From: Monocercomonoides exilis PA203
Lineage: Eukaryota; Protista; Preaxostyla
Assembly (NCBI GenBank): GCA_001643675.2
Contig: LSRY02000043.1
Span: 248,001-312,000 of the forward strand
Direction of reading: 5' to 3'
DNA: 64,000 nt
The notes beneath the pieces were generated by a model. The model saw nothing but the letters and a program-made list of their open reading frames with translations. It did not search any database and had not been told where the DNA came from. A program made the position numbers and the translations under genes. Of this stretch, positions 51,879 through 64,000 are shown piece by piece (the stretch's first letter is position 1; every line of letters starts with the position of its first letter).

Positions 51879-54800
51879 TTCTTTTTCTTTTTCTTTTTCT
51901 TTTTCTTTTTCTTTTTCTTTTTCTTTTTCTTTTTCTTTTTCTTTTTCTTTTTCTTTCTTCTTCTTCTTTTTATTTTTTTATTTTTTTATTTTTTATTTTT
52001 CTTTATTGTTAATTTGCAATCATTAATTTCTGAATTTGCAGACATATCATTCTTGCTTTGGAATATAATGGAATGTTTGGAGCTCTTGGACATAGTAGAA
52101 AAAAATCTCTAGCCTCAAAAGCGCTAAAATTTCATTCATTTTCTGAAATGATTGAAGACTATCGTAATGGATATCAGGAGAGTTTGCACCATCTCTAAAC
52201 TTGCTTTGATTTTTAGCTTTGGATATTTTTAGTCGGACACACTGTTCATTCACTTCGAATTGGTTTGCCAATTCTGCCATGCTTTTCGTGCGATCATCCA
52301 ATTGTCTGGAAATTTATGAAATTGGACGATATTCATAGTGACAATGAAGTTAAATCTTTGATTCTCTCACGATTTACGGACCAAATGATTCAAATTGCAT
52401 GTGCAGTGGCATCTGAAAAGGTTTGGTTGTACTAACTTTGTAGTCATCTTGAAATGAATACATATTTGAAAAAAAAAATATTATGACAATGAAGGAAGCG
52501 CTAACACACTCTATTATCCCTTATCCGCCCCCTCGGAATCTTCAATTGTACTTTTATCTTCCTCGCAGACGCCTGATCAACACTACCAATGAAAGCCACA
52601 AAGTGTTTCATTCTGTGCAGCTCAAGACAAGACGCTGCAGAAGCAGAAAGGAGCGTAGAAGACGATCAATGTCAGTGAAGGTTCGTGAGAGGGCATTTTC
52701 CGACAACGTAATGATAACTGAGGAAAATGAAGAAGAAGAAAAAGCTGATAAAGATGAAGATGAAAATTGTGGAGACAGCGAAAAAGCAAATGACACAAAC
52801 CAAAAAGTGCAAATTCAGTTCAATGACATCAACAAAAAGCCTGTTTCCTCAGATTTGTGCGTGACTCAAAAGGGTTCTGACGAGATTTGCTCATCTTCTG
52901 CTCGACGAGACAAGCCGATGAAGACAAGCAAACCGCAAAAAAGAGTTCAAAGACCTGCTTCTGTGTGTGCTGCGCAGACTCACCAGCGGTGTTCGTCGAT
53001 GCTGCCGCGCATTCCTTCAAGAGGAGCCGGCGAGCGCCATCCGCACTGCAGCCACACAAAGCCTGCTGCTGCGTCGAAAACTGGCAATGACTTGGCAAAA
53101 GATGTTGATCACCGTGCCAATGGCGCAGATGCTTCGCTGTCTCGCACGATGCCCCCAGCGCGGGCGAAGGAAAGGCTGCTGCCGGTGATTGCGCCGACAA
53201 AGAACGAGAAGCTGTCTGCCACTGTTTCTGTGCCAACACAGCTGCCCACACAATATCAGCGTGCAGTTTCTTCAAAGCAGCTGACAAACCCGTCGGGATT
53301 AGAACGAACGTTGCTTTCTCACACAGCAAATTCTTTGCATAACTTGTCTGAAAATTGCAAGGAGCTTCGGAGCATTGAAGGATCACAACCACTTTCAATC
53401 AAAGAAACGGCACACACAACAACAGAGAGAAGTGCTGTGGACAGTTCAAGTTTGGCAAACGACGTTGAGTGTATTGTTAACATAGAAACAATACCAGTTG
53501 CAAATACACTGAATTCTAATGTGCTTCTGTCATCTGCATCGGCTGTGGAAACACCTCGTATTTCAACACGGCAACTGCGTCTTCCAGAGAAGGCAGAGGC
53601 ACCCGAGGCTGCCAGCAACACAGCGATCATATCTTCCAGTGATGTGTTGCCTTCAGCCACTTCAACTCCGCCTCGCTTGCTTCGCTCGGCTTTGCTGATG
53701 TCTCCGCACGTGCGGTCTCCGTCGCGGAATTTATTGACTCCGGACTCGACATCTGGTTCTTTATCTGCTGGTTCATCTGCTGTTTCATCTGCTTCTTCGT
53801 CTGCATCTGCTTCCCCGTTGGCATCTCCTTCATTTGACAGAATTCAACTGAAAACCAATCGTTCAATGAAACGAAAAAACTTAACAGAACCTGAAAGCTC
53901 TGTGCAGCATCCTTTTTATTCGCCACATGTCAATTCGCAGCCTTCTAAAAGCTCTTTCTCTGCCACATTTGACGGCACTCGCATCGACACCGCAATAACT
54001 CCGCTGCTTCTTCCTCCGTCTTCAGCATCTCATTTCCCTTCCTCTATGCTTCAAAGCCAGCTGTATGCCCCGCGCACCCCCCCTTCCTCGTCTTTGCAGA
54101 CTGTTGCGCTTTTGTCTGCTTGCAGCAATAGTCTGCCGGCGTGTACCAATCGAAAAGCACAGCAATCTCCATATTCAATGTACTCCCCTCTGGAAATCAA
54201 GCAAGTGTCGAAGGTGTTTCGCAACAATGCAGCACAATCGCGTTGTCCATTGGCAAACAAGAAGCTTTCTCGCAGGCGCAGCAATCCAAGTGGAGGAATG
54301 TCAGCTGAGGAAAAGCTGGCAATAAGCGAACTTCCTGCCTCTCTTCTTGCCTCGCCTTATCTTCCATCGTACAATCACAGGGCGAGAGAGAAAATTATGT
54401 TCACACCACAAGCATCAGCCAAAAATGATCAAAGACAAGTGATTGATTCTGCAAAAAGGAATAAGCAAGTAACACAACAAAGTTTAGCCAAGGTTCCAGT
54501 GAATGTGCCTGGTGATAAAGATGTTTGTGGTTGCATATCTCAAATTGAAGATAAAACTATGAAAAGCGCTTCATCACTCCAATCAGATGAGAGTAAGCCT
54601 GCTTTAAATACAGAAGAAAAGGATTGTTTAAATGCAGTTTGTATTTCTAAACAAGAACAAGCCGAAGAAAAATGTTCAATTAAAATATCAATTACTGAAG
54701 ATTTCTTATCTTCACAAACAGAAAAGCCGCAGGAGCCTGTTTCTGTTCTTTCACCAGAACAAAAACAGATCCAAACGCAAGCACAAGCACAAACTCAAAC

Positions 54801-55254
54801 ACAATCGCAAGCACAGGTGCAATTGCAAATTCTGCAATCTTCGGAGTCACAGGAACATGGTTCCCAAAACAATACAGCTGCTTCTGTCAATTTAACAGAG
54901 ACCAAAATTTCAGAAACAGAAAGCAGTTGTACAGAGGAGACGATTGAGAGCGATTTTTCTACTGTAATGGACGTTGGCGTTATTGGACAAGATATTCTGT
55001 CCGACACGACTGCAAATGCAATGGAAGAGAAAAACGACAAAGAACAAACCACAAACGATGAAATTCCCTTTGTTTCTGTTCCAAAGAGATGCAATCAGCA
55101 TCGTATAAAGAAGAAGAAAGCACATGCACTTTTGAGTGATAATTTCACAGACAGCGAAAGCGAAAAGGAGCCGAGGCATGTGTATTTCTCGTATGCTCTG
55201 CCGATGAAGGAGAAGACGAAGCTGAGATGGCTTGGGAAAGGGAGCGGAACATGA
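51332..55254 (+). CDS. VASH: Vasohibin-family tubulinyl-Tyr carboxypeptidase with a long disordered C-terminal tail; start unresolved. Introns 51817-52041, 52182-52232, probably 52421-52494
   Basis: LQYNH...ALPIQCLEA..IYLT..FPVGFTS..KHIILAL..FGALGHSRK..L..K..F.SFSEMIEDY..GY..GH....RIGLPI...HPIVWK matches vasohibin, with catalytic Cys, His and Ser present. Confidence 0.88.
51855..51955 (+). repeat. (CTTTTT)n hexanucleotide microsatellite in a vasohibin intron
   Basis: About 16 tandem units. Confidence 0.9.
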
Positions 55255-56222
55255 ACATCATTGAAGGATTAATGTTTTCTGGTTTCAAATAATTGTATGA
55301 AATCTTTTCTATTTTCTTCGGATAAGGTGAATGCAATTCATAGCGTTGCTCAATTTTTTTGCGAAAGTTGAAATGCTGAGTTATATTCGTCAGAAATGCA
55401 GGGAATGAGCTTTTGCCTGTCCGAAATAACTGTTGAATCCTTTCTTTTTTATTCATTTGAAAGGTTTCGAAAACTTTCAAAAGCTCCTTTTCTTTAAAAA
55501 TGAAACTAAAATTTTATGTTTCGATGATGAAAGTATTGTTCTTATTAGAACATCTTTTGGAATTTAGCGCATGTGAAACAGTTCCACTTAAGTTGTATTT
55601 ATTTATCATAAAAACTAATCCAAGAACCTTTCGCTTTTTGAAGGATATGTTCGAACTCAATTTTTTTATGAAATTTTCGTCTCAAATTTCAATTTTGCAT
55701 ATCTGTTTGAGCGTGTTGTAATTATAAATCTAAATAGCTCTTATCAAAATAATAGATTTCCTGTTATATTGCGTTTCTTCATCATCATTGATGTTATAAA
55801 ATTTGTGTGTGAAAAAGGATAAAAACTTTAAAAATCATAAAAGATAGTCCAGAAGAAAGATTGACAATAAAACAATAGATTGAAGTTTTCGTTCGCACAA
55901 ATAAAAAGAAATTGAATGTGTCAATCAAATGGAGAAACGATCGGGAACAAGAAATGCATTGAAGAAGATGAAAATTCAACACATTTATTTATTAATTTCA
56001 AATATCAAACTCTTCTAAGTTGATTGCTTTTTCAAAAGAAATCCAATAAATATTGGAAAATCGTAAAAATACAAGAAGCTAACTTATACAACATAGGGAT
56101 CTTAAAAAAAAACAAACATTCTCATAAAAAACCTACAAAGAACTCATAAAATTCAGTCTTAATATGAAAAAGCAAGAAAAAATTACTTTTCAATTCTCTG
56201 TCTTTTAAAATATAAGTATTTT

Positions 56223-57950
56223 TTATTCCTTTTTCTCATCCTCTTCTCTTTCATTGTTATTCTCATCGTGTTTATCTTCCACTTTTTCACTTTTCTCCTC
56301 CTTTTCATTCTTTTCGTTTTTATCTTCTTCTCCTTCTTTTTCATCCTTCTTCTTCAAAACTCTTCTCCCCTTTGAATGCCCCTTTCCTTCTTGCTTCGGA
56401 TCGCTCTTCGTCTCAATCACAGGCAGCCCCAGCGCCTGCCTCTGCTTCTGCTTCTTCTCCACCATCCGCCTCATCCTCTTCCCAAACGGCGAAATATGCC
56501 GGTCAATCTTTGCAAGATAGTTCATTATCCACTCCGCATTCGGACGCTGTGCTGGGTCTGGAACTCTGCACTTGGCAATCAGCTCTGCCAACAGCCTGGA
56601 CACATCGTCATTGAAGCCCTGCAGCCGCGCCCCTGTCTTAGCCACATCCGTGTTTAGCGGCTGGTTCTTCGCAATTGCTTCAACAGCACTTGCTAAGTTC
56701 ATGTTGCCGTAGGGTATCTGCAGCGTCAGCATCTCCCAGACAACTGAGCCAAACGCAAAGATATCTGCTGCAGGGGTCACAACCTTCGCTTCTTCCGCTT
56801 CCAGCTTCTTCTTTTCTTCCTTTAAGGCTGCTATTTCTTCTTCGCTAAGCTTCTCTTTCTCTTTCCCTCTCTTCACTTTGCACTTCAATCCCACAATCTC
56901 CGGAGCAGCCCATCGTTTGTTCTCTTCCTTTCCAGCTGAATCCCATTCGCCAACCAGATGCCCAGACCTCCGCACATTGAGGTACAGCAGCCCCGCATCG
57001 TCATACAGAACAGTGTGAGTGGAAAGGGCTCCTGTCACAACATGCTTACCTGGCTGACGGTGCAATGATGCCAGTGACCTCGCAATAGCACTCAAAGTGG
57101 GGATGATCGCGGGTCGAGTCCTGCGCAGTTGATAAGGGACATTGTGGTGATACCCGGAGCTGGTGGAGGAGGAAGAGGAAGACGTTGAGCCAGAGGGAGA
57201 GTGAGAGCGGTGAACAATAGCATGGAGATCAATAACAGAAGAATCGGTCTCCTTCATTTCTGGTGAGTGGATCAGCTTATGAAGAGAGAATTCAGGATTC
57301 ACAGCGTAATGGATCCAGGGTCTCTGCGAAGGAAATCCAGGCACATAAGTTGAAGGATAAGGAAGAATCGTTCCAGGGTCTTCAAACTCAACTTTTTGTT
57401 TTGCTGCACCTTTCTTTTTTTTGTCTTTATCTTCTGCTTTTTCTTTTAAATCGGAAGAGGCTGCTCTATCTGGCGATGCAGATGTTTCTGGAATGTTTTT
57501 CCCATCTGATGATGATGAAGCTTTCTTTGACGAAGGAATCCAAGGTAGTGCAGGCTGAATTTTGATTTGAGGGCGAGACTGTCTTGATGAAGAATCCGCA
57601 TTTTGTGTAATTTTATGTAAAGATGAGGATGTTGAAGGTTCTTTGACAAAAGAAGTGGAATTAGAAGCAGATGAACTCTTTTTATCGATAATTGGTTTAT
57701 CGAATATCGAAGTGTCCTCATCAACAAGTCCAGTTCCATCATGTATTGAATGTTTATTTTCTGTTGATTCATCAACATCCATTCTTTCGTATTCACCAAG
57801 TTCAATATCACGTGGGTTTCTTTTCAATTTTCTTGCTTCTCTCTGTCCTTTCCAATATTTGTAAATCCAAACGAGAACCGCAATCGTCATGCCAACGCCA
57901 ACAACAATGGAAACAATAGTAATAATCATTGAAATTTGTTTTTTCCTCAT
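56223..57950 (-). CDS. Single-pass membrane protein with a degenerate TKL-like pseudokinase domain; may extend 5' to ATG 58195 via two short introns
   Basis: TM segment IITIVSIVVGVGMTIAVLVWIY. C-lobe motifs RWAAPE, ADIFAFGSVVWEMLTLQIPY, C..PDPAQRP. HRD and DFG are absent (VVTGALSTHTVL). Confidence 0.8.
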   Translation of the reverse strand: MRKKQISMIITIVSIVVGVGMTIAVLVWIYKYWKGQREARKLKRNPRDIELGEYERMDVDESTENKHSIHDGTGLVDEDTSIFDKPIIDKKSSSASNSTSFVKEPSTSSSLHKITQNADSSSRQSRPQIKIQPALPWIPSSKKASSSSDGKNIPETSASPDRAASSDLKEKAEDKDKKKKGAAKQKVEFEDPGTILPYPSTYVPGFPSQRPWIHYAVNPEFSLHKLIHSPEMKETDSSVIDLHAIVHRSHSPSGSTSSSSSSTSSGYHHNVPYQLRRTRPAIIPTLSAIARSLASLHRQPGKHVVTGALSTHTVLYDDAGLLYLNVRRSGHLVGEWDSAGKEENKRWAAPEIVGLKCKVKRGKEKEKLSEEEIAALKEEKKKLEAEEAKVVTPAADIFAFGSVVWEMLTLQIPYGNMNLASAVEAIAKNQPLNTDVAKTGARLQGFNDDVSRLLAELIAKCRVPDPAQRPNAEWIMNYLAKIDRHISPFGKRMRRMVEKKQKQRQALGLPVIETKSDPKQEGKGHSKGRRVLKKKDEKEGEEDKNEKNEKEEKSEKVEDKHDENNNEREEDEKKE

Positions 57951-58576
57951 TTCTTCAGTGACCTCCGAACGTTTTATTATTTTTCTTATTTCTGATAACT
58001 TTTCATGGCTTGTTTTCAGAAAATCTAAACGAACAAAACATAATTATCAGATATTACAACTTATTTCAATCATACTTATATTATTTTGATAAATAAATGT
58101 TTCAATGTAATTAATGATGCATACCCATTGTCACTAACTTTTGTGTTAAATGTCACAGAGGAACCAATAACTGATAAAAGATAAGTGATAATCATAAGTA
58201 TATAAATATGGTGATTATGATCATGCCCACCATTAAATATATTTATTTTGAAGTATGTGAAACTGAATTATCCATTTCGAAAGAAAGGATATGAGACATT
58301 TCATATGATAAATCGATTTTCTTTTAAATTATGAAATAGATTAAAATTTGAAGAAAAAGAGTTAATCAATATTTATTGGTGTTATTTCAAAATGGATGAG
58401 TAAATATTTTTTTTCATTGCTGTTGGTGTTTTATCATCAATCCTGATTCGTGTAATGTTTTTATGAGAGTTTTTTTGTTTTTGTTGTTTCATTGTTATTT
58501 GCCTTCTCTCATATTTATTTTATTCATCACAAATTTGAATTATCCATAAAAAATTTTAGCTGTGCTTTTATTTGTG

Positions 58577-61500
58577 ATGCTAGAGGAGCCCATATCCATC
58601 TCTTCTGAACACATCGATAGAAGTTTATCTCCTTCTAAACCCGAACCATTGCCATATGAAGTGCGATTGAAGCTTCGTTCACCTACAGAAATTCAACGTT
58701 CAAAGAAGATAGGTGAAAATGTTTTACTAAGATCACTTCGCAAGAAAAGTCCAACTAAAAAGGCATTAGATTTTTCTTCATCATTAAATCTTTCTCAGGT
58801 CCAATGGGAGCCTCGTTCAAAGGATTGGCTCGATAGCGAAGAGGAGATAATGGATAGTAGCTTACGACGTCAAGAATTGCACACCGCTCCTGAAAAGCAA
58901 CGAGGGCGTTCATTATCACAATCCCCAACTTTTGTTCGCTCTCAAACGCAAAGTTCATCTTATTCAGATCCAGACAGTTCAATTCCATCTCGTTCTTCAA
59001 CTACATTATCCAACAGTTCGTTCACTTCACCAGCTCGCTCTTCATCACCTAATTTCTTGCGAGCAAACTCACCTCAGAAAATGGTCAAGCGAATGACTGT
59101 CAGTGAAGAGCGGAGAAAAGATTCCGAGGCTCGTTTCAGAGAAGAGCGAAAAAAGAGAGAAGAGCTGGAAAAAGGTTGGGACAGCACATTTACTCCATCG
59201 AAAACAGAAAAAAAGGATGTCACTTTCTCTGCCTTTTCAACACGACGTGGCTTGAAAACAGCTGATTCAACGCTGTCATCTACTGTTGCAGATTCCTTCT
59301 CCGCCACTTACATCCCTCCGCCTTCTTCTGATTTCATTCCTCGCTCGGCTTTGCTTTCCACCATCGCCGATCCTCTTTGTATTTCATCTGCGAAACCTTC
59401 TCACCTCCAATCTTCTGCCTCTTCGTCTCTGAATGCGTCTTCTTCAACAGCCACGCCAGTCCGCAGCACAACCCCTAATCCTTCTGTTGGGATGTCTTCT
59501 TCCTCTCTATCTGCTCCTGTCTCACCTTCACTGAATGCATCACAGCGCAGACTTTCATTCACACCAAACAGAGAATCCATCAAAAGATCCAAAAATGAGG
59601 CGAAATTGAGAAAGGAAGGGTCAAAGGACAAACTGAAAAAGGAGCAGTCAGAGAAAAATGTCGAACCAAATGCTGAACAAAAGGGAAAAGAAAAAGAAAA
59701 AGATAACAAGAAAAAGAAGGCAGAGCAGGCAGCTCCAGCAGTGAATGAATGGAAGAAAGACATGGACCATCCAAAATTCAAGCCTCTCCGACATGGCGTA
59801 TGCATCATAATATTAAATTTTCATTGAAATAATTTTGTATTTATATATTTATTTCTTATGAATTTCTCATCTGAATTTAATTTCTTTCTTTATTTCTTTC
59901 TTTATTCCAATCCATCCAATCACCAACACAACCCAGGTCACTTCCCAACACCCCGAAGTCGCCATCGAGGACGAGAACGAGGTGCGCGGGTTCCTCCGGC
60001 TGCTGCACATCGAGCTGCTCGACTCGCACGAGCACAACCACCTCATCCTGAATCCTCTGCGCAACGGTGTTCTCTTGTGTGATGTAGTCGACTGCTGCAT
60101 CCCGCCCACCAGCAAAGCCCGCACTGAAGTCAGCAACACCGACGCTGTCCAGCCTGGACTGGGTGCAGTGCGCATCACAAAGACACTCGGAGACGCGAGA
60201 AGGAACATCGACAAGGCACTGACAGTGCTGCGGGCTGACCATCGGGTGAATCCGTCGCTGCTGTATGATGCAGAGGCGTATCTGAGAGACGAATGCAACA
60301 CCGTGTGGAACCTGCTCCTGGCGATAAAGAGGGTGTACGAGGAGGACGTGATGAAGTGGCTGAAGGGGAATGAATGCCCTGAGCTGACAACAATCGAAGC
60401 ACCGAAACGATATCCAAGCGATGTCAAGCTTCCCACGCGTTTTGGTGCAAGGCAGACGGAATACGATGCGATTGGCGCTGCTGTGAAAGGAGGCATTGGC
60501 GGTGGCATTGTTGGAGAAATGCAGATCATGGGTGATGGAGAAGGTGATATTGGCGATCTTTCGCTCGGAGCAGGGCTGGGCGGCGGGCGAGGAATGAGCC
60601 TGTTTGGACACCGTGGTGCATCATCTGCTATTGCACCTCCACCGTTTCCTCCTCTGCCGTATTCGTTTGAGGACACACAGAAAGTGGAGCGGACTCTTCT
60701 CTCTTGGGTTGTTGCACAGGGCATCCTGTCTGGTCCAATGCCTTCTTCACTCGACGAGATTATCCCGTCCTTCCGCACAGGTGTCCTTCTTGCTGATCTT
60801 GTCTTCCTCCTCACAAAACAGAAAGTGATTGGCATCACACTCGCCCCTCGCACACCTGCTGTTGCACGCTCTAACATTGAGAAATGCCTCATCACCCTTC
60901 GCGGCCTGCCTGGGACGAACAGAGACGTGCTGTGGTGCGGTGACGAGATTCTTTTCGGAGACAGAAACGCCATTCTGGCTGTGCTCAATGAAATCCACCG
61001 CTCATTCACTGGGAAACCGATCATCCGCACAGCCAATGCAGATGCTGCCCTGCAGAAGGAGGCAGCTGCAAAAGCAGAGGCGAACGAGCTGAAGGCGCAG
61101 GCAGCCAGCAATATGAGTGCGTCTGCTGCTTCGATGCGCGCGAAGGAGCTCAGAGCATCACTCGACGGTGCAAAGCATCTGCTGCGTGCCTCGTCCACAC
61201 CGTCTGCCTCTGGCGGAGCAATCATCCTGAACGCCTCGCAGGTGTCGAGGAAGGACAGCGGCCGCTCCACACCATCAAATCCATCACACAGCCGCACACA
61301 GTCGATGGCGTCGCTTGTGTCGAATGCGTCGGTTGGTTCAACATCAGCTGGAGTGTCTAGCACGAAGGCAGGAGCAGGAGCAGCAAAGAAATCAGACTCG
61401 AATCTCTCGATGCACCAGAGAAGGATGAGCATTGTGTCGAACTCGTCGCGCCTGTCCAACACATCTGCTGCTGATGAGCTGGTCTCGTTCTCTTCTTTCA

Positions 61501-62868
61501 CCTCGTCTTTCTTCGACTCCTCGCTCAGCAGCACCGCCAAGAAGGAAACAAGAGCAGGGTTCCTTTCCCCCGACGTGTTCACTGGCTGCTTCCCGCCGAG
61601 CCTGTTGCCTGCACAAGATGGTATTGCGAACTCATCAGGAAGAGGAGTAGGAGGTGCAAGTGCAGTTGGATCGCTTCTGCGCAGGATGAACAGCCAGGTG
61701 ATGCTCGGCGCTGCTGGTGCTGGAGGAGGAGGAGGAGGAGGAGGGAAATCGATCAGCGGCTTTTCGCAGGCATCCTCCAAGTTTGGTGGAGCACTGGGTG
61801 TAGCAGGAAACCGGACGCGGCGTCTGGTGAAGGCGGAGACGGCGTCTGTGTTTGGCTTTTCGAAGCGGTCGATGGCAGGGCTTGGGTCGCACATGTCGCG
61901 GAGGACAGGGATGAAAGGGATGGGCAGCAGGCTGAGTGTGACGGAGGCGGCAGGGGGAGCGGGGGGAATGGGGTTGGGGACGATCGCAGAGAAGAAGCCG
62001 AGGCTGGGGCGTGTGGTGGACGAGCCGTTCCAGTCGTATCCGGATCCGCACAATCACTTCATTACGCTGCCGCCGCATGCGATGGCGAAGCAGCTGCAGA
62101 AGAGAGAAGGGAAGGAAGAGGAGAGTCTGGTGGCGCAGGCGCTGGAGGCGGGGTCATCGATGGACAAGACTTACTTGATGTCTCTGGAAGTGGTATGCAA
62201 TCAAATTCGAATTTTTTTTTTCTTTTTTTTTTCTTTTTCTTTTTCTTTTTTTTTTTTTTATTCTCTTTTTATGAAAATTGATTTATATTCTGAATTATTC
62301 ATCTGCTTTTCTTTTTCTACAGAGCCCCAAATCACCTTATCTTTTGGCAAAATGGATGGAAGGATTGGGAATTCATTTGTCTTCTCCTTTTGCCTTGGAT
62401 GCTCCAATCATTCACGAGGTGTGCTTTTCCTTTGTTATTTACAAGTTCTTTCATTTCTTTCGTTTCATTTATTTTTCCCCATAAAAAAAATGAATAATTT
62501 TCTTTTCTTTTCTTTTCTTTTTTCCTTTCCTTCTTTCTTATTTTAATTTTTTATTTTATTTTATTTTAATGGACAATCAACATATTTGTCATGTTCTTCA
62601 ACAGATGGGAAATGGAGTTATACTCTGTCGACTTGTCTCAGCTCTCGAGCACAAAGACATTCCTGGCTATACAAAAGATCCTACTTCCACAGCAGCTTAT
62701 TTGCACAACATCCGCAAGGCACTTGAAGTTCTGGTGAAAAAGCGCACTTTTCCATTGAGCTACATCGCATCTGAAAAGGAGATTATGGAAGGACATCAAA
62801 CTATTATTCTTGAATTATTAGAGGACATTAGAAAAGCTTATGGACAGAGGTTTGCAATTAATCGTTAA
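58577..62868 (+). CDS. Protein with three calponin-homology (CH) domains and low-complexity linkers. Introns 59798-59936, 62193-62322, 62419-62604
   Basis: Three CH signatures: LRNGVLLCDVV..RNIDKALTVL; FRTGVLLADLV..SNIEKCLITL..ILFGDRNAILAVLNEI; MGNGVILCRLV..HNIRKALEVL..IMEGHQTIILELLEDI. Introns are phase 0. Confidence 0.85.
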
Positions 62869-63130
62869 ATTATTGAGCTTCTCATCTTATTTGATATTTT
62901 ATATGAATTGACTTTGTCAATTTAGTAGTTCTCATATAAGTCGGCACAAGTTATCAAAATCAGCAACTCTAACAATTCCACTTTAATTTTCTGGACAATT
63001 AATATGTCCGTGTAATGTTTAAATCCTTGCTTGTTTTTTTTAAAGTACATTTCGTAATTTATTTTCCATGATTTAGAATATGGAGTTATTATTGTTTGCT
63101 ATAAAACCTTTATTTTTTATTGAAATTTTT

Positions 63131-63579
63131 ATGGCTGCAATAACTCCCGTTGATGCGGAAAGAGTTGCATCTGATATATCTAAGCAACTTACTGCTATCA
63201 TTTCAGATGTTAACAAAATACTTCATGAAGTTTTGAGTTTCATTAACAACAAACATTTTAATTTTTGTATTCTTTTTTTTAATTTTGTGAAAGGATTGCA
63301 AAATCACAGGTGCCCACATGGACCTGTGCAAAGTTTCAATGGAAGAACTATTGGCGGAGCTTTCAGAAGATGCAACACAAATGGAGGGCTTCATTTTTAA
63401 GATGCAACAGCTTCTGACCGAACTGAACAGTGTTGAAACTCTAGCCGTTAAACTGTGTGAAATTTTTTCTTCATTTAATATATTTATTTTTAATAACACA
63501 AATGCGATTGCGAATTTTTAGAAATGAAATTAAGGAGACTTTAGGAACATTGGAAAATTTAGCAATGCAAATTCTTTAA
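63131..63579 (+). CDS. Small coiled-coil protein, BLOC-1/BORC subunit-like (BORCS6/BLOS3 type). Introns 63230-63293, 63455-63521
   Basis: Spliced ~105 aa: DAERVASDISKQL..ILHEDCKITGAHMDLCKVSMEELL..QMEGFIFKMQQLLTELNSVETLAVKLNEIKETLGTLE, which follows the BORCS6/BLOS3 helical pattern as recalled. Confidence 0.6.
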
Positions 63580-64000
63580 AAATTTGGCATTTCTTGTTTT
63601 ATCCATTTCATTGTTTGAACTTTTTGTTAGATATTTTTACGTCTGAATTTTCAAATTGCAAACATTAATTTTTGTGTTGAGTTGAAAGCTAAAATAAATT
63701 GAATCATGATGAGCTCAATAAAGATTTCCCTTCTTTAAAACCTTCTGGCTGATTCTCAATGATTATTTTCGCAAAAACGTTCTATTGTGATGGATTTCAC
63801 ATTTTTTCAGATACTTTTTCATTTTCTTTATAAATGGCTCATATCAAAAACATGTGACAAATGAAATTTTTCAAAATTTAAAATTGATGACTTGAAAAAC
63901 AAACGTTTTCTTTATAAAAACGTCAAATGAAATTCGTTATTGATTACAAAGAAAATACGTTCATTTATGTCACTTCAAAATTTACATTGATCAATCAAAA

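Noticed and set aside
58150-58216. GTCACAGAGG and TATGGTGATT matches to the right end and flank of element G
   Set aside because: Only 10-bp matches with no partner TIR; the sequence fits a possible first exon of the pseudokinase.
59867-62053. 728-aa antisense ORF
   Set aside because: It lies opposite the GC-rich CH-domain exon and has no motifs; most likely a shadow ORF.
562-62868. Functional cluster of flagellar/microtubule genes (CFAP251-like, ARMC2, VASH, CH protein)
   Set aside because: They are interspersed with unrelated genes, and such genes are numerous in flagellates, so chance is sufficient.
1-64000. Alternative genetic code (TAR = Gln)
   Set aside because: TAA, TAG and TGA all terminate reconstructed genes, and conserved domains read through without recoding.

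Overview
Eukaryotic protist genomic DNA in the standard genetic code, with many short AT-rich GT-AG introns and Ser/Glu low-complexity proteins. The style resembles an oxymonad such as Monocercomonoides; this assignment is an inference. About 13 spliced genes were reconstructed by hand: the 3' end of an AlaX-type tRNA editing gene, a CFAP251/WDR66-like WD40 head on a ~3700-aa Ser-rich tail, a secreted FKBP that needs an 11-nt microexon, a TM2-domain protein, a Kelch/Cys-rich membrane protein, a Kelch-BTB protein, ARMC2, two tandem paralogous hypothetical genes, an ARM-like hypothetical gene, vasohibin, a transmembrane pseudokinase, a triple-CH-domain protein and a BORCS6/BLOS3-like subunit. 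There is also one tRNA-Arg(ACG). The most striking non-genic structure is two intergenic islands (~16.9-19.5 kb and ~47.0-50.3 kb), both between divergent genes. They are built mostly of foldback/TIR non-autonomous DNA elements of several families nested inside each other. An intact copy elsewhere in the window reveals the empty site and TA duplication of one nested insertion. No transposase is visible. All family assignments come from motif recognition, not database searches.
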